A stretch of 59,403 bases of DNA from a virus. Taxonomy: Duplodnaviria; Caudoviricetes. The notes beneath the pieces were generated by a model. The model was not told the origin of the DNA. It worked only from the letters and a program-made list of their open reading frames with translations, and made no database searches. The stretch lies in IMG/VR virus record IMGVR_UViG_3300032297_000320, positions 1 through 59,403 of that record; one strand, 5' to 3'. Shown one piece after another: positions 48,147 through 55,403 of this stretch (position 1 is its first letter; each line of letters opens with the position of its first letter). A program made the translations under genes and the position numbers.

Positions 48147-48776
48147 TTGGCTAAAAAGTTCAAGAAAAAGGTAGACCTGAAGTTCAGGGACTTCGCCTAC
48201 CGAGACGATCGTAGTGCTCCCACATACAAGTATACGTGGCACGCCAATAAATACATCAAGGAAAAGTATGGGATGATCCCAATCCAAATACAATTCCTTC
48301 TGTTCGCATACGACCTTGAGTTCTTCACTATCGAATGGATGGCACAACAACTGTCCAAGTCATACAATCAAACCAAGGATTGGCTAACTGTTAAACTCCG
48401 AAAGAAAGGTTTCCTCTTTGACTACTTCTCCAAGGAAGACATCGACATCCACAAGGATGCGTCTATGTGGTTTCGGGAAGAGAATAAATGGAACTACCGC
48501 AAGCGTTACGCCCTGACTCAAGAAGGTCGACGTATTGTAGAGGAATGGGTGGCAATCACCAGTGGCCAGATGAAGATAGACCTAGAGTACGACTACAGAG
48601 CTGTCAATACAGAAATCAAAGACAGGGCAGAAGGTATACCTACAAAGCTGTTAGGTCGTAAGCTAAAAGGTCACGAGGACACTCCGCTAGGAAAGAAGAT
48701 TATCGAGCGTGCTAAGCTTGATGGGAAGGATATAAGCGGAATTTTGCCTCCTTCGAAGCCCCAGCGTGGGGAGTAA
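48147..48776 (+). CDS. Putative winged-helix DNA-binding protein
   Basis: Only + gene inside the late block; FLLFAYD...KLRKKGFL...YALTQEGRRIV; TTG start after TACTTTTG. Confidence 0.55.
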   Translation: MAKKFKKKVDLKFRDFAYRDDRSAPTYKYTWHANKYIKEKYGMIPIQIQFLLFAYDLEFFTIEWMAQQLSKSYNQTKDWLTVKLRKKGFLFDYFSKEDIDIHKDASMWFREENKWNYRKRYALTQEGRRIVEEWVAITSGQMKIDLEYDYRAVNTEIKDRAEGIPTKLLGRKLKGHEDTPLGKKIIERAKLDGKDISGILPPSKPQRGE

Positions 48777-48885
48777 ACTTCCCGTCTTTGTCTGGCATCA
48801 GGTAGTAACGACCTTTTTCCATCATCCAGTGATGACCTTCAGGTGCGGGCACCATTACGTGGGTCTGTTTCTTCTTGGCTTTCAT
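48712..48885 (-). CDS. Small protein (57 aa, APEGHHWM)
   Basis: Hand-translated MKAKKKQTHVMVPAPEGHHWMMEKGRYYLM...; ATGA-coupled. Confidence 0.6.
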   Translation of the reverse strand: MKAKKKQTHVMVPAPEGHHWMMEKGRYYLMPDKDGKFTPHAGASKEAKFRLYPSHQA

Positions 48886-49100
48886 TTCTTAGATCTGTTC
48901 TTTACAGCTGAAATAAACCTACGTTCGTCGTGGTCGTAGTCTTTGCCGTCGCCATTTCCGTATGTTCCGGCTTGACGGTTCTTTTTGTTCAAGAACGCAC
49001 GATACTTCTTTCGCTCCTCAGTAGAGTGGTACTCCTTGTCGTACTTCTTCTTCTTCTCGTACGCCTCTGGGTTGCTGGCGTAGTACTTCTTCGTTTTCAT
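48882..49100 (-). CDS. Small basic protein (degenerate HNH-like, GDGKDYDH)
   Basis: ATGA-coupled on both sides. Confidence 0.6.
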   Translation of the reverse strand: MKTKKYYASNPEAYEKKKKYDKEYHSTEERKKYRAFLNKKNRQAGTYGNGDGKDYDHDERRFISAVKNRSKK

Positions 49101-49678
49101 TTCTCTAACTCAAAGATTAAGTCGTCGTATCGTCCCTTGCTTTGTCGAAGATCAAAGGTCCGATATTTTTTGTAACCGAATTTTTTTGCGTGAGCAGCCA
49201 GCTCATCAAACCACTCTACGTGCTGAAGGTCTTCGATGATAAGCTTACCACCAACCTTAACCTTCGGCATCCACAGCTCAATAGCATCCTTCATACTCTC
49301 TAGCGTATGTGGTCCGTCGTCTATGATGTAGTCGTAGCTGTTGTCTTTATGTGTGTCTACCACCGACTTGTCGTAGCCGTCTGCAATAACGATTTCAATC
49401 CTTGGAAACTCACGACCTAGCGATGCTTCACGATAGTTGTTTAAACACGCATCTGTTACATCTATGCCAACAATCTTGGCATTTGTAAACCATTCGTGCC
49501 AGAGTATAAGGCTTCCTCCGTTCTGTACTCCGATTTCAAGTACAGCAGTAACCTTCTCTGGGATAGTGAACTCTTTGCTGTAGTATCCATCTAGATAGTC
49601 GTGGTACGAACCTTTGTCTGTGGTGTGCCATCCATTGGCATCAACGCAGTATTGCCCGTATATGTCCTTTAGTGTCAC
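49097..49678 (-). CDS. Class I SAM-dependent methyltransferase
   Basis: TDK...H.Y, VLEIGVQNGGSL, IVGID, DYIIDDGPH, GGKLIIED. Confidence 0.85.
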   Translation of the reverse strand: MTLKDIYGQYCVDANGWHTTDKGSYHDYLDGYYSKEFTIPEKVTAVLEIGVQNGGSLILWHEWFTNAKIVGIDVTDACLNNYREASLGREFPRIEIVIADGYDKSVVDTHKDNSYDYIIDDGPHTLESMKDAIELWMPKVKVGGKLIIEDLQHVEWFDELAAHAKKFGYKKYRTFDLRQSKGRYDDLIFELEK

Positions 49679-49851
49679 TTTAAGAGTTCAACGAAGTATT
49701 TGTCTACCTCTTTAAAGTCTGCTGCTCCAAAGAACGGAGAGTCCATCTCAAAGTTGCTCTTGAAGTAATCTTCTACTAAATTAATATGGATTACTAAGTA
49801 CTTGCCAACTTTCTCGTTGAAGTGAATGATGAAGTCAGAACGAACTTCCAT
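49675..49851 (-). CDS. hypothetical protein (58 aa)
   Basis: Hand-translated MEVRSDFIIHFNEK...; GTGA-coupled to the methyltransferase. Confidence 0.55.
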   Translation of the reverse strand: MEVRSDFIIHFNEKVGKYLVIHINLVEDYFKSNFEMDSPFFGAADFKEVDKYFVELLK

Positions 49852-49853
49852 AG

Positions 49854-49970
49854 CTATTGTTTTAATTTATTTAGTATTGCAGTATTATTAACGCCAACAG
49901 CAACTCGGTCTTTGCTTACGCGCTTGACTCCGTTGCTGTTCGCTACTCGTTTCTTGGACGACTTAGCCAC
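49854..49970 (-). CDS. Small basic protein (38 aa)
   Basis: Hand-translated, GTG start (MAKSSKKRVAN...); fills the gap between neighbours. Confidence 0.4.
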   Translation of the reverse strand: MAKSSKKRVANSNGVKRVSKDRVAVGVNNTAILNKLKQ

Positions 49971-50146
49971 TATTCCTCGTCCTCTTCGTAGTAACAGGCT
50001 TTGATCTTGTAGTGGGTTGGCATCATCTTGCCTGATTTTACAGCAGCCTTGATTTGAGCAACAGCTTCATCAAGAGACGGAGCCTTGACCATAGCCATCT
50101 GACCCATCTCCATTTCGCCTCCTTCGTTGTACTTCTTAATCTTCAT
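49970..50146 (-). CDS. hypothetical protein (58 aa, YNEGG)
   Basis: Hand-translated MKIKKYNEGGEMEM...; TAATG-coupled. Confidence 0.6.
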   Translation of the reverse strand: MKIKKYNEGGEMEMGQMAMVKAPSLDEAVAQIKAAVKSGKMMPTHYKIKACYYEEDEE

Positions 50147-50544
50147 TACTTCATCATCTTGAAGTCGACACCAGTGATCTTTCCGTCCATATTCTTGTCA
50201 AGCTTAACCTGACTGCCCTTTAGGTACTTCATCATTCCACCTTTTCCGTATTTAGGCATCTTACCGCCCTTTTCGTAGTATCCGTCAACGTTCATCTTGC
50301 CGCCACCCATCATCTTCTTGACGGGGCGCTTGACAACCTTGAAGCCCTTAGCCTTAAGCTCCTTGTCGAACTTAGCAAGCTCCTCAGGACCTTCAGCCTT
50401 CAATGCGTTACGCATCTCGGTAAGGTTCTCTGCCTCACGAGTGCGAGCAGCAGCGTTAAACTTCTGATCAGCTGGAGACATCTTCTTCTTAGGATCGATT
50501 GGCATCTTGCCACCCATCTGGTAAACGGTCATCTTTGGTTTCAT
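50146..50544 (-). CDS. Lys/Met/Gly-rich protein with YxxGG repeats and an EF-hand-like loop
   Basis: YQMGG, YEKGG, YGKGG; LDKNMDGKITGVDF. Confidence 0.65.
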   Translation of the reverse strand: MKPKMTVYQMGGKMPIDPKKKMSPADQKFNAAARTREAENLTEMRNALKAEGPEELAKFDKELKAKGFKVVKRPVKKMMGGGKMNVDGYYEKGGKMPKYGKGGMMKYLKGSQVKLDKNMDGKITGVDFKMMK

Positions 50545-50558
50545 AAGTGCAAAGTTAT

Positions 50559-51023
50559 CTATTTAAACGCTACGTATTTTGTCTTGCCACCCTCACGAAC
50601 AGCCTTCAAGATCTGCTTACGATTGGCACCCTTGCGGTATCCTACGTGTACCCAGTCAGGATTCTTGTCTGTCCCAAACTCCCATATCAATTGATCGAAG
50701 TCAAGGTTAGACTTGATGTAGTTAAACACATCAGCATTCGTTACACCATTGCCGTGACCGTCTTGATCCAAGTCAAGAGCCTTTCCAAGGTTATGGTCCG
50801 AAGTAGAGCTACCACCAATAGCCTTGTTCAAGGCAGCAGAGCGGTATCCGCTAGAGATAAAGATAGGAACACCAAAGTACTCACGTACCTTGTCGAACAC
50901 CTCCTCCGAAATAACCTTAAGGTTCTCCAGATGTTCTGCTGTTGGACTATTATCAATCCCCTTGCGCTTGGCAGTATCACTCCGTGTTACCTCAGCCAAC
51001 GATACGTACTTACTTAACTTCAT
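50559..51023 (-). CDS. Endolysin, peptidase M15 family
   Basis: ISSGYRS..LN.AIGG..TSDH..GKALD, WVHVGY. Confidence 0.88.
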   Translation of the reverse strand: MKLSKYVSLAEVTRSDTAKRKGIDNSPTAEHLENLKVISEEVFDKVREYFGVPIFISSGYRSAALNKAIGGSSTSDHNLGKALDLDQDGHGNGVTNADVFNYIKSNLDFDQLIWEFGTDKNPDWVHVGYRKGANRKQILKAVREGGKTKYVAFK

Positions 51024-51146
51024 ACGGCAAAGATAGTAACAGCAATAATAGCTGTTTTATGGACCCATAAGAAAAATAAACTCCTACTAATTTAGTAGAT
51101 ATTTATATAACTATCTGAAAGACACACCAATAAACTAACATCTACC

Positions 51147-51179
51147 ACTTGACTTTCTCGTTTTTCTTTTGTAACTTCG
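51147..51179 (+). promoter_or_regulatory. Promoter (ACTTG-N20-TAACTTCG) facing the non-coding region
   Basis: Same spacing and TCTCG element as the promoters at 455 and 56687. Confidence 0.6.
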
Positions 51180-51438
51180 CTAAGGCTAGAGCCGATAGAC
51201 AGAACGCAGACTAACTAAGCTCTCTTATCATCGAGAGCCTACTTAGCCTACCAAACAAAGAAGGGGCGGCGCCTCAGCAGAGCCCCCACCCCACCGCCGA
51301 GAGCAAACAAAGCTCAAGCTCCTAAGATCCGCTCAGCTACCCATAATACAGGCGTACTATACCCCAACCATAGCTGTTCAAATCATAACAGCAAATCAGT
51401 TGGCTCTAATAGTTTTTTCTTTTTATTACAGCCAACTT

Positions 51439-51538
51439 GTATCTAGGGACCACAAATAAGTATCTAGGGTTACAAATAAGTACCTAGGGTTAGATATAAG
51501 TATCTAGTGGTGCAAATAAGTACCTAGGGGATTATATA
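51439..51538. repeat. Five tandem ~20-bp imperfect repeats (GTAYCTAGGG..ACAAATAA)
   Basis: Units start at 51439, 51460, 51480, 51500 and 51520. Confidence 0.9.
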
Positions 51539-51970
51539 CATAATCGATCGTTCGCGCGCGCGTACGGAAACCGATTCCCAGACGTATGGGGTTGCGTTTG
51601 ACAGCATTTCGTTCGTAGGTTTCAGCGTTTTGCCCACGTGACTCTCGTGATGAACTGACTGATTTTGCTGAGGGTTTTGACTTGAGTTCCTAGGGAAAAA
51701 GGAGGAACAATCCCCCCCCTACTTCACCCCTTTCTGCCCACTATCTCCCACCCCTACCCACGTGCTATGCGCACTTGTGCACGTGCTCACGTGTGTGCGT
51801 TACGCGTGTGTGTGCGCGCATTATGCGCGTGCGCGAGCCAAAGGAATTCGGTTAGCTTTATCCATCATTTTGAGCAATGGATGTATAGTTTCGTTCAATT
51901 TGCGGTTTGCCTATTGTGGGTTCGTTTCGGCTAACTACATTCGCAGTGTTAAACCATTAAAACAATTGCT

Positions 51971-52285
51971 ATGACTCCTTCATCACTTTACAACACCCCC
52001 TCACTCGGAGACTTCATTAAGAGCACCTACGGCGAGATACCTTCGGTCGAGGTTTTGACTGAGCAGGTAGAGAACAACGTACGCCGCCTTGCTGAACTTG
52101 AGTCACGTGTTCCGAACTTCCTTAAGGAGAAAGAATTCGCCTTCGTTGACTTGCGTCGTGAGGTTATCACCTTGCAAGATATTGAGGACTACGAGTACGA
52201 CACTGCTGATGTGAACTACCACTGCAAACGTGCGAACGAACTGCTCACTAAGGTTGAGCAACGTGCGACTAAGTTAGGCTACTAA
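51971..52285 (+). CDS. Early hypothetical protein
   Basis: ATG after TACATTCG promoter-like motif and an A-rich leader. Confidence 0.7.
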   Translation: MTPSSLYNTPSLGDFIKSTYGEIPSVEVLTEQVENNVRRLAELESRVPNFLKEKEFAFVDLRREVITLQDIEDYEYDTADVNYHCKRANELLTKVEQRATKLGY

Positions 52286-52316
52286 AAATTTGAAAAACCG
52301 AAAAAACTGTTCTGCT

Positions 52317-52511
52317 ATGAAAACTAAAAAATCAAACCTATACTCATTCTTTGTCTTAATCGGAGGCGGAGTAGTTCACAAGGAGGTATACCGCCGTGAG
52401 ACTAAGTGTCCTAGTCGCACTAAGGAGTACAAGGTAGTTCGGTGTATGTTCGAGAACTTCAGTGGTGCTGAGGTGCCCATCGTGGGCTACGGATACGAAA
52501 TCGTTAAATAA
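52317..52511 (+). CDS. Early hypothetical protein
   Basis: ATG 52317. Confidence 0.6.
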   Translation: MKTKKSNLYSFFVLIGGGVVHKEVYRRETKCPSRTKEYKVVRCMFENFSGAEVPIVGYGYEIVK

Positions 52512-52529
52512 GTTAAAACTTTCTATGCT

Positions 52530-52727
52530 ATGAAAGTGCATACGTATTCCTTTGGGGGCCTTAAAATTAGGGTTTGCTACCATCGTGATGCCGAGGGTGC
52601 GCTGAAGTGGGCTGTGAGTTCTCCTGAGTTCGATGTGTGTGAATATACTGACGAACTATGGGCAACGAAGGGTGAGGCAATCGAGGCGGGTGTGTATGCC
52701 GCAAAGAGGTTAACTGAGGAGTCCTAG
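52530..52727 (+). CDS. Early hypothetical protein
   Basis: Stop codon lies inside hammerhead 1. Confidence 0.65.
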   Translation: MKVHTYSFGGLKIRVCYHRDAEGALKWAVSSPEFDVCEYTDELWATKGEAIEAGVYAAKRLTEES

Positions 52728-52757
52728 GTGGACGAAACGTCGCGAGACGTCTTAACC
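52708..52757 (+). ncRNA. Type I hammerhead ribozyme 1
   Basis: ggttaa-CTGAGGA-gtcc(taggt)ggac-GAAA-cgtc(gcga)gacg-TC-ttaacc: full core, three perfect stems, cleavage predicted after C52751. Confidence 0.93.
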
Positions 52758-52774
52758 ATAAAACAATCAAAACA

Positions 52775-53017
52775 ATGACTATTAAGGACTATTATCTGAA
52801 AAACTTTTCAACTGATGAATTAGGTTTGGAACTTAATTGCAAACCAACATTTGCAGGTCTTTTGCACCAACTTCTTATTGGTAAATGTGTTTACGAATAC
52901 ATTGGTGTATACGATTCAATTGTGCGAGAAATGTTATTTGAGGAACTTGCAAGAGAGATAGAAACACCTTATAAGTTTGTTTACGACCTATGGTTAAACA
53001 ATAGTGAAAAAGGTTAA
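52775..53017 (+). CDS. Early hypothetical protein bracketed by two hammerheads
   Basis: 80 aa, AT-rich; stop TAA is part of stem I of hammerhead 2. Confidence 0.75.
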   Translation: MTIKDYYLKNFSTDELGLELNCKPTFAGLLHQLLIGKCVYEYIGVYDSIVREMLFEELAREIETPYKFVYDLWLNNSEKG

Positions 53018-53065
53018 CTGATGAGGACTAAATGTCCGAAACAAGGAGCAATCCTTGTCTTAACC
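53012..53065 (+). ncRNA. Type I hammerhead ribozyme 2
   Basis: ggttaa-CTGATGA-ggac(taaat)gtcc-GAAA-caagga(gcaa)tccttg-TC-ttaacc; cleavage predicted after C53059. Confidence 0.95.
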
Positions 53066-53082
53066 ATAAAACAATCGAAACT

Positions 53083-53286
53083 ATGAACACTTCAATTGAA
53101 AGCATCGTTGCATACGAGAGCGGAGAGCTCACTGATCAGGAGGTCGTGTACTTCTTTGCCGAACTTGTGAAGAGCGGTCTAGCCTGGAATCTTCAGGGTC
53201 ACTACGGACGGACTGCGAGTGCGCTAATTGACCACGGACTAATTGACGAGCAAGGAAACGTTTCTCTTGCTGTTCTAGAACTTTAA
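53083..53286 (+). CDS. Early protein with LQGHYGRTA motif
   Basis: YESGEL...F..L..SGLAW.LQGHYGRTA; ATG 53083. Confidence 0.75.
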   Translation: MNTSIESIVAYESGELTDQEVVYFFAELVKSGLAWNLQGHYGRTASALIDHGLIDEQGNVSLAVLEL

Positions 53287-53309
53287 TAACCGCCAACGAA
53301 ATCTAACTT

Positions 53310-53519
53310 ATGAAAACTTATCAATTCATCGTGACTGTGAGCAACAGCACCATCGTCGAGGTTCAATCTGAAAACTACGAGGAGGCCGTCGGACTTGCGC
53401 TGAAGGAGTTCCACGAGAGTGAGGTCATCCACGATCTATGCGACCCACGCTCTATGGGTGTTGACATTGAGCTCGAAGAGGAGTTTGATGGTGAGGTACC
53501 AGAAATGTATCCACTTTGA
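53310..53519 (+). CDS. Early hypothetical acidic protein
   Basis: VEVQSENYEEAV motif; A-rich leader. Confidence 0.65.
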   Translation: MKTYQFIVTVSNSTIVEVQSENYEEAVGLALKEFHESEVIHDLCDPRSMGVDIELEEEFDGEVPEMYPL

Positions 53520-53584
53520 CCGAAAATGTGTTTTGCCGAACAAACAATTCTTTTAACCTTTGACTAACCAACGAAATAATTAAA
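53517..53584 (+). promoter_or_regulatory. Early promoter/leader cassette, copy 1
   Basis: tgac.gaaaatg.gttt..g...aattcttttaacctttga..aaccaac.aaa.aattaaa, repeated at 54058. Confidence 0.65.
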
Positions 53585-53587
53585 ACT

Positions 53588-53743
53588 ATGAAACAATTAG
53601 AATCAGGAGCGGCATCGCTCAAGGTGGAACTGCACAAGGGGGTGATTAGTGTCTACCACGGAACGGACGGCACTTTGCTGTTCACCCGCCCTGCCTTCGA
53701 GGGAGACTGGGGCAAACTTTTTAATCAACTTAAAAACAACTAA
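53588..53743 (+). CDS. Early hypothetical protein (51 aa)
   Basis: Hand-translated MKQLESGAASLKVELHKG... Confidence 0.6.
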   Translation: MKQLESGAASLKVELHKGVISVYHGTDGTLLFTRPAFEGDWGKLFNQLKNN

Positions 53744-53749
53744 GAAACT

Positions 53750-54064
53750 ATGGAACGCTTTAACAAATATCAATTCACTGCCGACCTAGAGGCAGAACTT
53801 CTAGAGGCTGTAAACAACGACCAAATCAGTGAGCTCGAAGAGGTCTTCGACTGGATGCATCAATCAATCGAGAACGCTGTGATCTATGCGGCGGACTGCT
53901 TCGAAATCATTCGGGAACTTCACTTCACGAACTTCAAGGACAGCGACTTTGAGATTACTGACATCTACCAGGCCGCTTATGCCGCCTTGTACGAGTACGC
54001 CAACGAAAACATTGACCTAAGTGATGTCGAGGAAGCGATTAAAAACAAGATAGAAAATGACTGA
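53750..54064 (+). CDS. Ocr (T7 gp0.3)-like acidic DNA mimic / antirestriction protein
   Basis: Highly acidic; DWMHQSIENAVIYAADCFEII resembles Ocr [21 protein letters not shown]. Confidence 0.55.
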   Translation: MERFNKYQFTADLEAELLEAVNNDQISELEEVFDWMHQSIENAVIYAADCFEIIRELHFTNFKDSDFEITDIYQAAYAALYEYANENIDLSDVEEAIKNKIEND

Positions 54065-54125
54065 AAATGGGTTTGTCTATCTAAGTAATTCTTTTAACCT
54101 TTGAAAAACCAACAAAACAATTAAA
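54058..54125 (+). promoter_or_regulatory. Early promoter/leader cassette, copy 2
   Basis: Imperfect direct repeat of 53517-53584. Confidence 0.65.
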
Positions 54126-54129
54126 CACA

Positions 54130-54513
54130 ATGAAAAACACAATGAGCCTTTTAGAAGCCGTAGAATTCCTGGTAGGACTTCAGGACGGTGAGAACGACCA
54201 ACTTGCTCAGGCAATAGATGTAGTCGTTGGCGGACTTAAGTTTGGCCACGAGGAATTCAATCAAGTAGAACTATCTTCCTTAGCCTGGACCGCAGAAGAC
54301 TTTGATAACCACGTTGAAGGGTTGTACGACCTAGGAAAGATTGACGAGTCAACAGCAAAGAAGCTTATGGCCTATCGTGAGTCTGAAAAGCTAGGTATTG
54401 TTTCGAACGCAATCGAAGATATCGAGGACTCAATTATGGAGAAAATAAATGACAGCATTTTCTTACGTGTTCGTATAGAAGCTAACCAAGTAAAAAATCA
54501 AAGCAATGCCTAA
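54130..54513 (+). CDS. Early hypothetical acidic protein
   Basis: ORF directly after the promoter cassette. Confidence 0.65.
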   Translation: MKNTMSLLEAVEFLVGLQDGENDQLAQAIDVVVGGLKFGHEEFNQVELSSLAWTAEDFDNHVEGLYDLGKIDESTAKKLMAYRESEKLGIVSNAIEDIEDSIMEKINDSIFLRVRIEANQVKNQSNA

Positions 54514-55054
54514 TTGGATGAGAACAGCCCTTGAAGTATCAGGCGATCAGAAACTACAGCAAGAATTCTTTGCCGCAATCGGCAACGGAATCGGGTCAGA
54601 ACAGCCAATCGATTTCGAGAAGCTAATACCACCACCTGCGAATATCTTCAGGGGTAACTTAGGAGATACCGAGAGAGTGTACTGCGAGGAGAACAACATA
54701 CCGAATTGGTACGACTGGAACCGCGAGAACTGGGGGACCAAGTGGAACGCGGCCTACGGAGAGCTTCGGCCCTCGAAGCAAGGGGACAGCACTGTGCTGT
54801 TCTTTGACACCGCGTGGAGCTTGCCTATGCCTGTCCTCGAGAAGATTGAGGAGATGCTGATGAATGAGTTCCTTGGCCTTGAAATCTACGGAGAGTTCAT
54901 TGAGGAGGGCTACGCAGTTGCGGGAGTTATCCTGATGGGCAAGGACGGCGGAGATATCCGGGAGATAGACATCGACTTCGACCAAGAGTCAGACCAACCA
55001 AAGATTAATTTCTTTGATCAGGACGGAACAGAATTTAAATTTAAAAACCTTTAA
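54506..55054 (+). CDS. DUF1281/YubB ferredoxin-like domain protein
   Basis: MPNW start, WYDWNRENWGTKWNA, FDTAWSLP. Confidence 0.8.
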   Translation: MPNWMRTALEVSGDQKLQQEFFAAIGNGIGSEQPIDFEKLIPPPANIFRGNLGDTERVYCEENNIPNWYDWNRENWGTKWNAAYGELRPSKQGDSTVLFFDTAWSLPMPVLEKIEEMLMNEFLGLEIYGEFIEEGYAVAGVILMGKDGGDIREIDIDFDQESDQPKINFFDQDGTEFKFKNL

Positions 55055-55057
55055 GCA

Positions 55058-55252
55058 ATGAAATCTTTCTTCGGACAAATCTTCACTCCACTGCGCCAAC
55101 CAAAGGTGTGCATTGAGTACGCAAACGGTGTGTTCATCCTGGTTGATGAGTCGGACCAAAGCTTGGGCTACGAGTTCAAGAACTTTAACGAGGCGTTTCG
55201 CTTCGCTAAGACAATGGGCTACGAGTTCAGTGATAACGACTATTTCGTCTGA
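55058..55252 (+). CDS. Early hypothetical protein
   Basis: Tightly packed ORF. Confidence 0.6.
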   Translation: MKSFFGQIFTPLRQPKVCIEYANGVFILVDESDQSLGYEFKNFNEAFRFAKTMGYEFSDNDYFV

Positions 55253-55253
55253 T

Positions 55254-55403
55254 ATGCCGTTCATCGTTTCGTATAACCCAGACAGCGAGACCTTTGATGT
55301 ACTTCAGAAGAGTCCGTTCCGACTGGTCCGATCCTTCACATACGAGGACGAAGCCTTCAACTACGCCAAGCAATTAGAATCTATTAAACAGCAAAAGAAA
55401 TGA
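55254..55403 (+). CDS. Early hypothetical protein
   Basis: ATG 55254; ATGA coupling downstream. Confidence 0.55.
   Translation: MPFIVSYNPDSETFDVLQKSPFRLVRSFTYEDEAFNYAKQLESIKQQKK

Noticed and set aside
51439-51538. CRISPR mini-array
   Set aside because: Repeats are directly tandem with no unique spacers; no cas genes
52812-52820. Additional hammerheads at CTGATGA/CTGACGA (also near 1672, 52648 and 54856)
   Set aside because: No stem II followed by GAAA and no flanking stems; all lie inside coding sequence
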